Of a stretch of DNA of 36,844 bases, positions 36,348 to 36,844 are shown one piece after another. The DNA lies in assembly GCA_035280325.1 (NCBI GenBank), contig DATEFZ010000075.1, positions 1-36,844 on the forward strand, read 5' to 3'. Source of the DNA: Casimicrobiaceae bacterium. Its GTDB lineage: Bacteria; Pseudomonadota; Gammaproteobacteria; Burkholderiales; Casimicrobiaceae. Each line of letters starts with the position of its first letter. Within the stretch, counting starts at the first letter, position 1. The position numbers and the translations under genes were made by a program. Below the pieces are notes generated by a model, which worked only from the letters and a program-made list of their open reading frames with translations, was not told the DNA's origin and ran no database searches.

Positions 36348-36631
36348 AGCTTTTTGTCCTGGCGATGCTCACAGGGCTTGGCGGGTACATCCGAAGAGTA
36401 CCCCAGGGAAAGCCATCGCTCATCCCAGAATGGCCGCCATTAGCGCATCCGCCTCGCCTTGAAAAAGGAGACCACCAAAACCCGCCGCCCGGAACTTCCT
36501 CCACCAGGAGGCGAGGTTCGACGGTTGTTCGAGTGGCCGCAACCGCAGCCGTTCGGGTTACAGACGCTACTTTATTCGATGCGACAGACGCACGGCCAGC
36601 GGGTCTTGCCAGCCCCCGGCCCGAAAGGATC

Positions 36632-36656
36632 GCGCGCCGCCGGGTTATCGGCGCGC
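36632..36656 (-). terminator. Hairpin downstream of the partial upstream gene (weak terminator candidate)
   Basis: GCGCGCCG-9 nt-CGGCGCGC lies 46 nt after the stop at 36702. On the minus strand it is followed only by a weak tract, CCTTTC. Confidence 0.3.
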
Positions 36657-36701
36657 AGCGCCCGCTTGCGGATAGCGACGATAGCCGCGCGATGCCCGGG
36701 T

Positions 36702-36844
36702 TCACTTCCCGCAGCTCATCCCTGCTGCCGCTTCCTTGACGGGCAAATTCAGTTCGAAATCGAAGGTAAACGCCGTCTTGTCGAGGTTGCCTGCAATCCT
36801 GCCCGATAGCGCGCCGCCGGGCTTCACCTCTCCGGCCATCTTCT
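36702..36844 (-). CDS. 3' end (46 codons) of an unidentified CDS entering from beyond the window
   Basis: Open minus-strand frame from the window edge to TGA at 36704-36702 (...KMAGEVKPGGALSGRIAGNLDKTAFTFDFELNLPVKEAAAGMSCGK*). Third-position GC is high. Not in the ORF track because it is short. Confidence 0.3.
   Translation of the reverse strand, partial: KMAGEVKPGGALSGRIAGNLDKTAFTFDFELNLPVKEAAAGMSCGK

Noticed and set aside
36510-36525. GGTTCGA, a tRNA T-loop-like string
   Set aside because: Flanking bases cannot form a T-stem (GCGAG versus GGTTG), and no acceptor or anticodon arms can be drawn. I saw no tRNA in the window.

Overview
Very GC-rich (by eye; not computed) proteobacterial chromosomal segment, tightly packed, with many 4-nt ATGA/GTGA start-stop overlaps. 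I saw no rRNA, tRNA, CRISPR array, transposase, integrase or phage genes. Order of content: (1) 1-5886, the 3' two-thirds of a giant cyclic beta-1,2-glucan synthase gene (NdvB/ChvB type). (2) 5861-13271, minus strand, an aerobic benzoyl-CoA (box) operon, boxR-boxC-boxB-boxA plus a FadB-like bifunctional enzyme. It is driven by a near-consensus sigma70 promoter whose -10 box sits inside a TGCA-N6-TGCA operator. (3) A GFA-family gene and a small membrane-anchored hypothetical. (4) 14507-18532, minus strand, an OmpR-type response regulator, a lipoprotein solute-binding protein and a hybrid sensor kinase in one operon. Two outward-facing promoters of identical architecture (AACAAACGAAACAA-N41-TAGACTGC) bracket it; this is the most interesting thing I found. 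(5) A small membrane protein, GNAT and long DUF1127 operon, plus small secreted or short ORFs. (6) A Tat-metallophosphoesterase/amicyanin-like pair, an ICL/PEP-mutase-family enzyme with a CpdA/GpdQ-like phosphodiesterase, and a cupredoxin/alpha-beta-hydrolase pair. (7) A GntR/FCD regulator divergent from a TRAP transporter (DctPQM-type) operon that ends in an atypical type II dehydroquinase paralog. (8) Minus strand, a gallate / 4,5-cleavage lower-pathway operon: cytochrome c fusion, galA, ligJ, ligK, a signal-less ModA-like PBP and a Tat LivK-type SBP. All functional calls come from reading the supplied translations against remembered family hallmarks. No database search was run.
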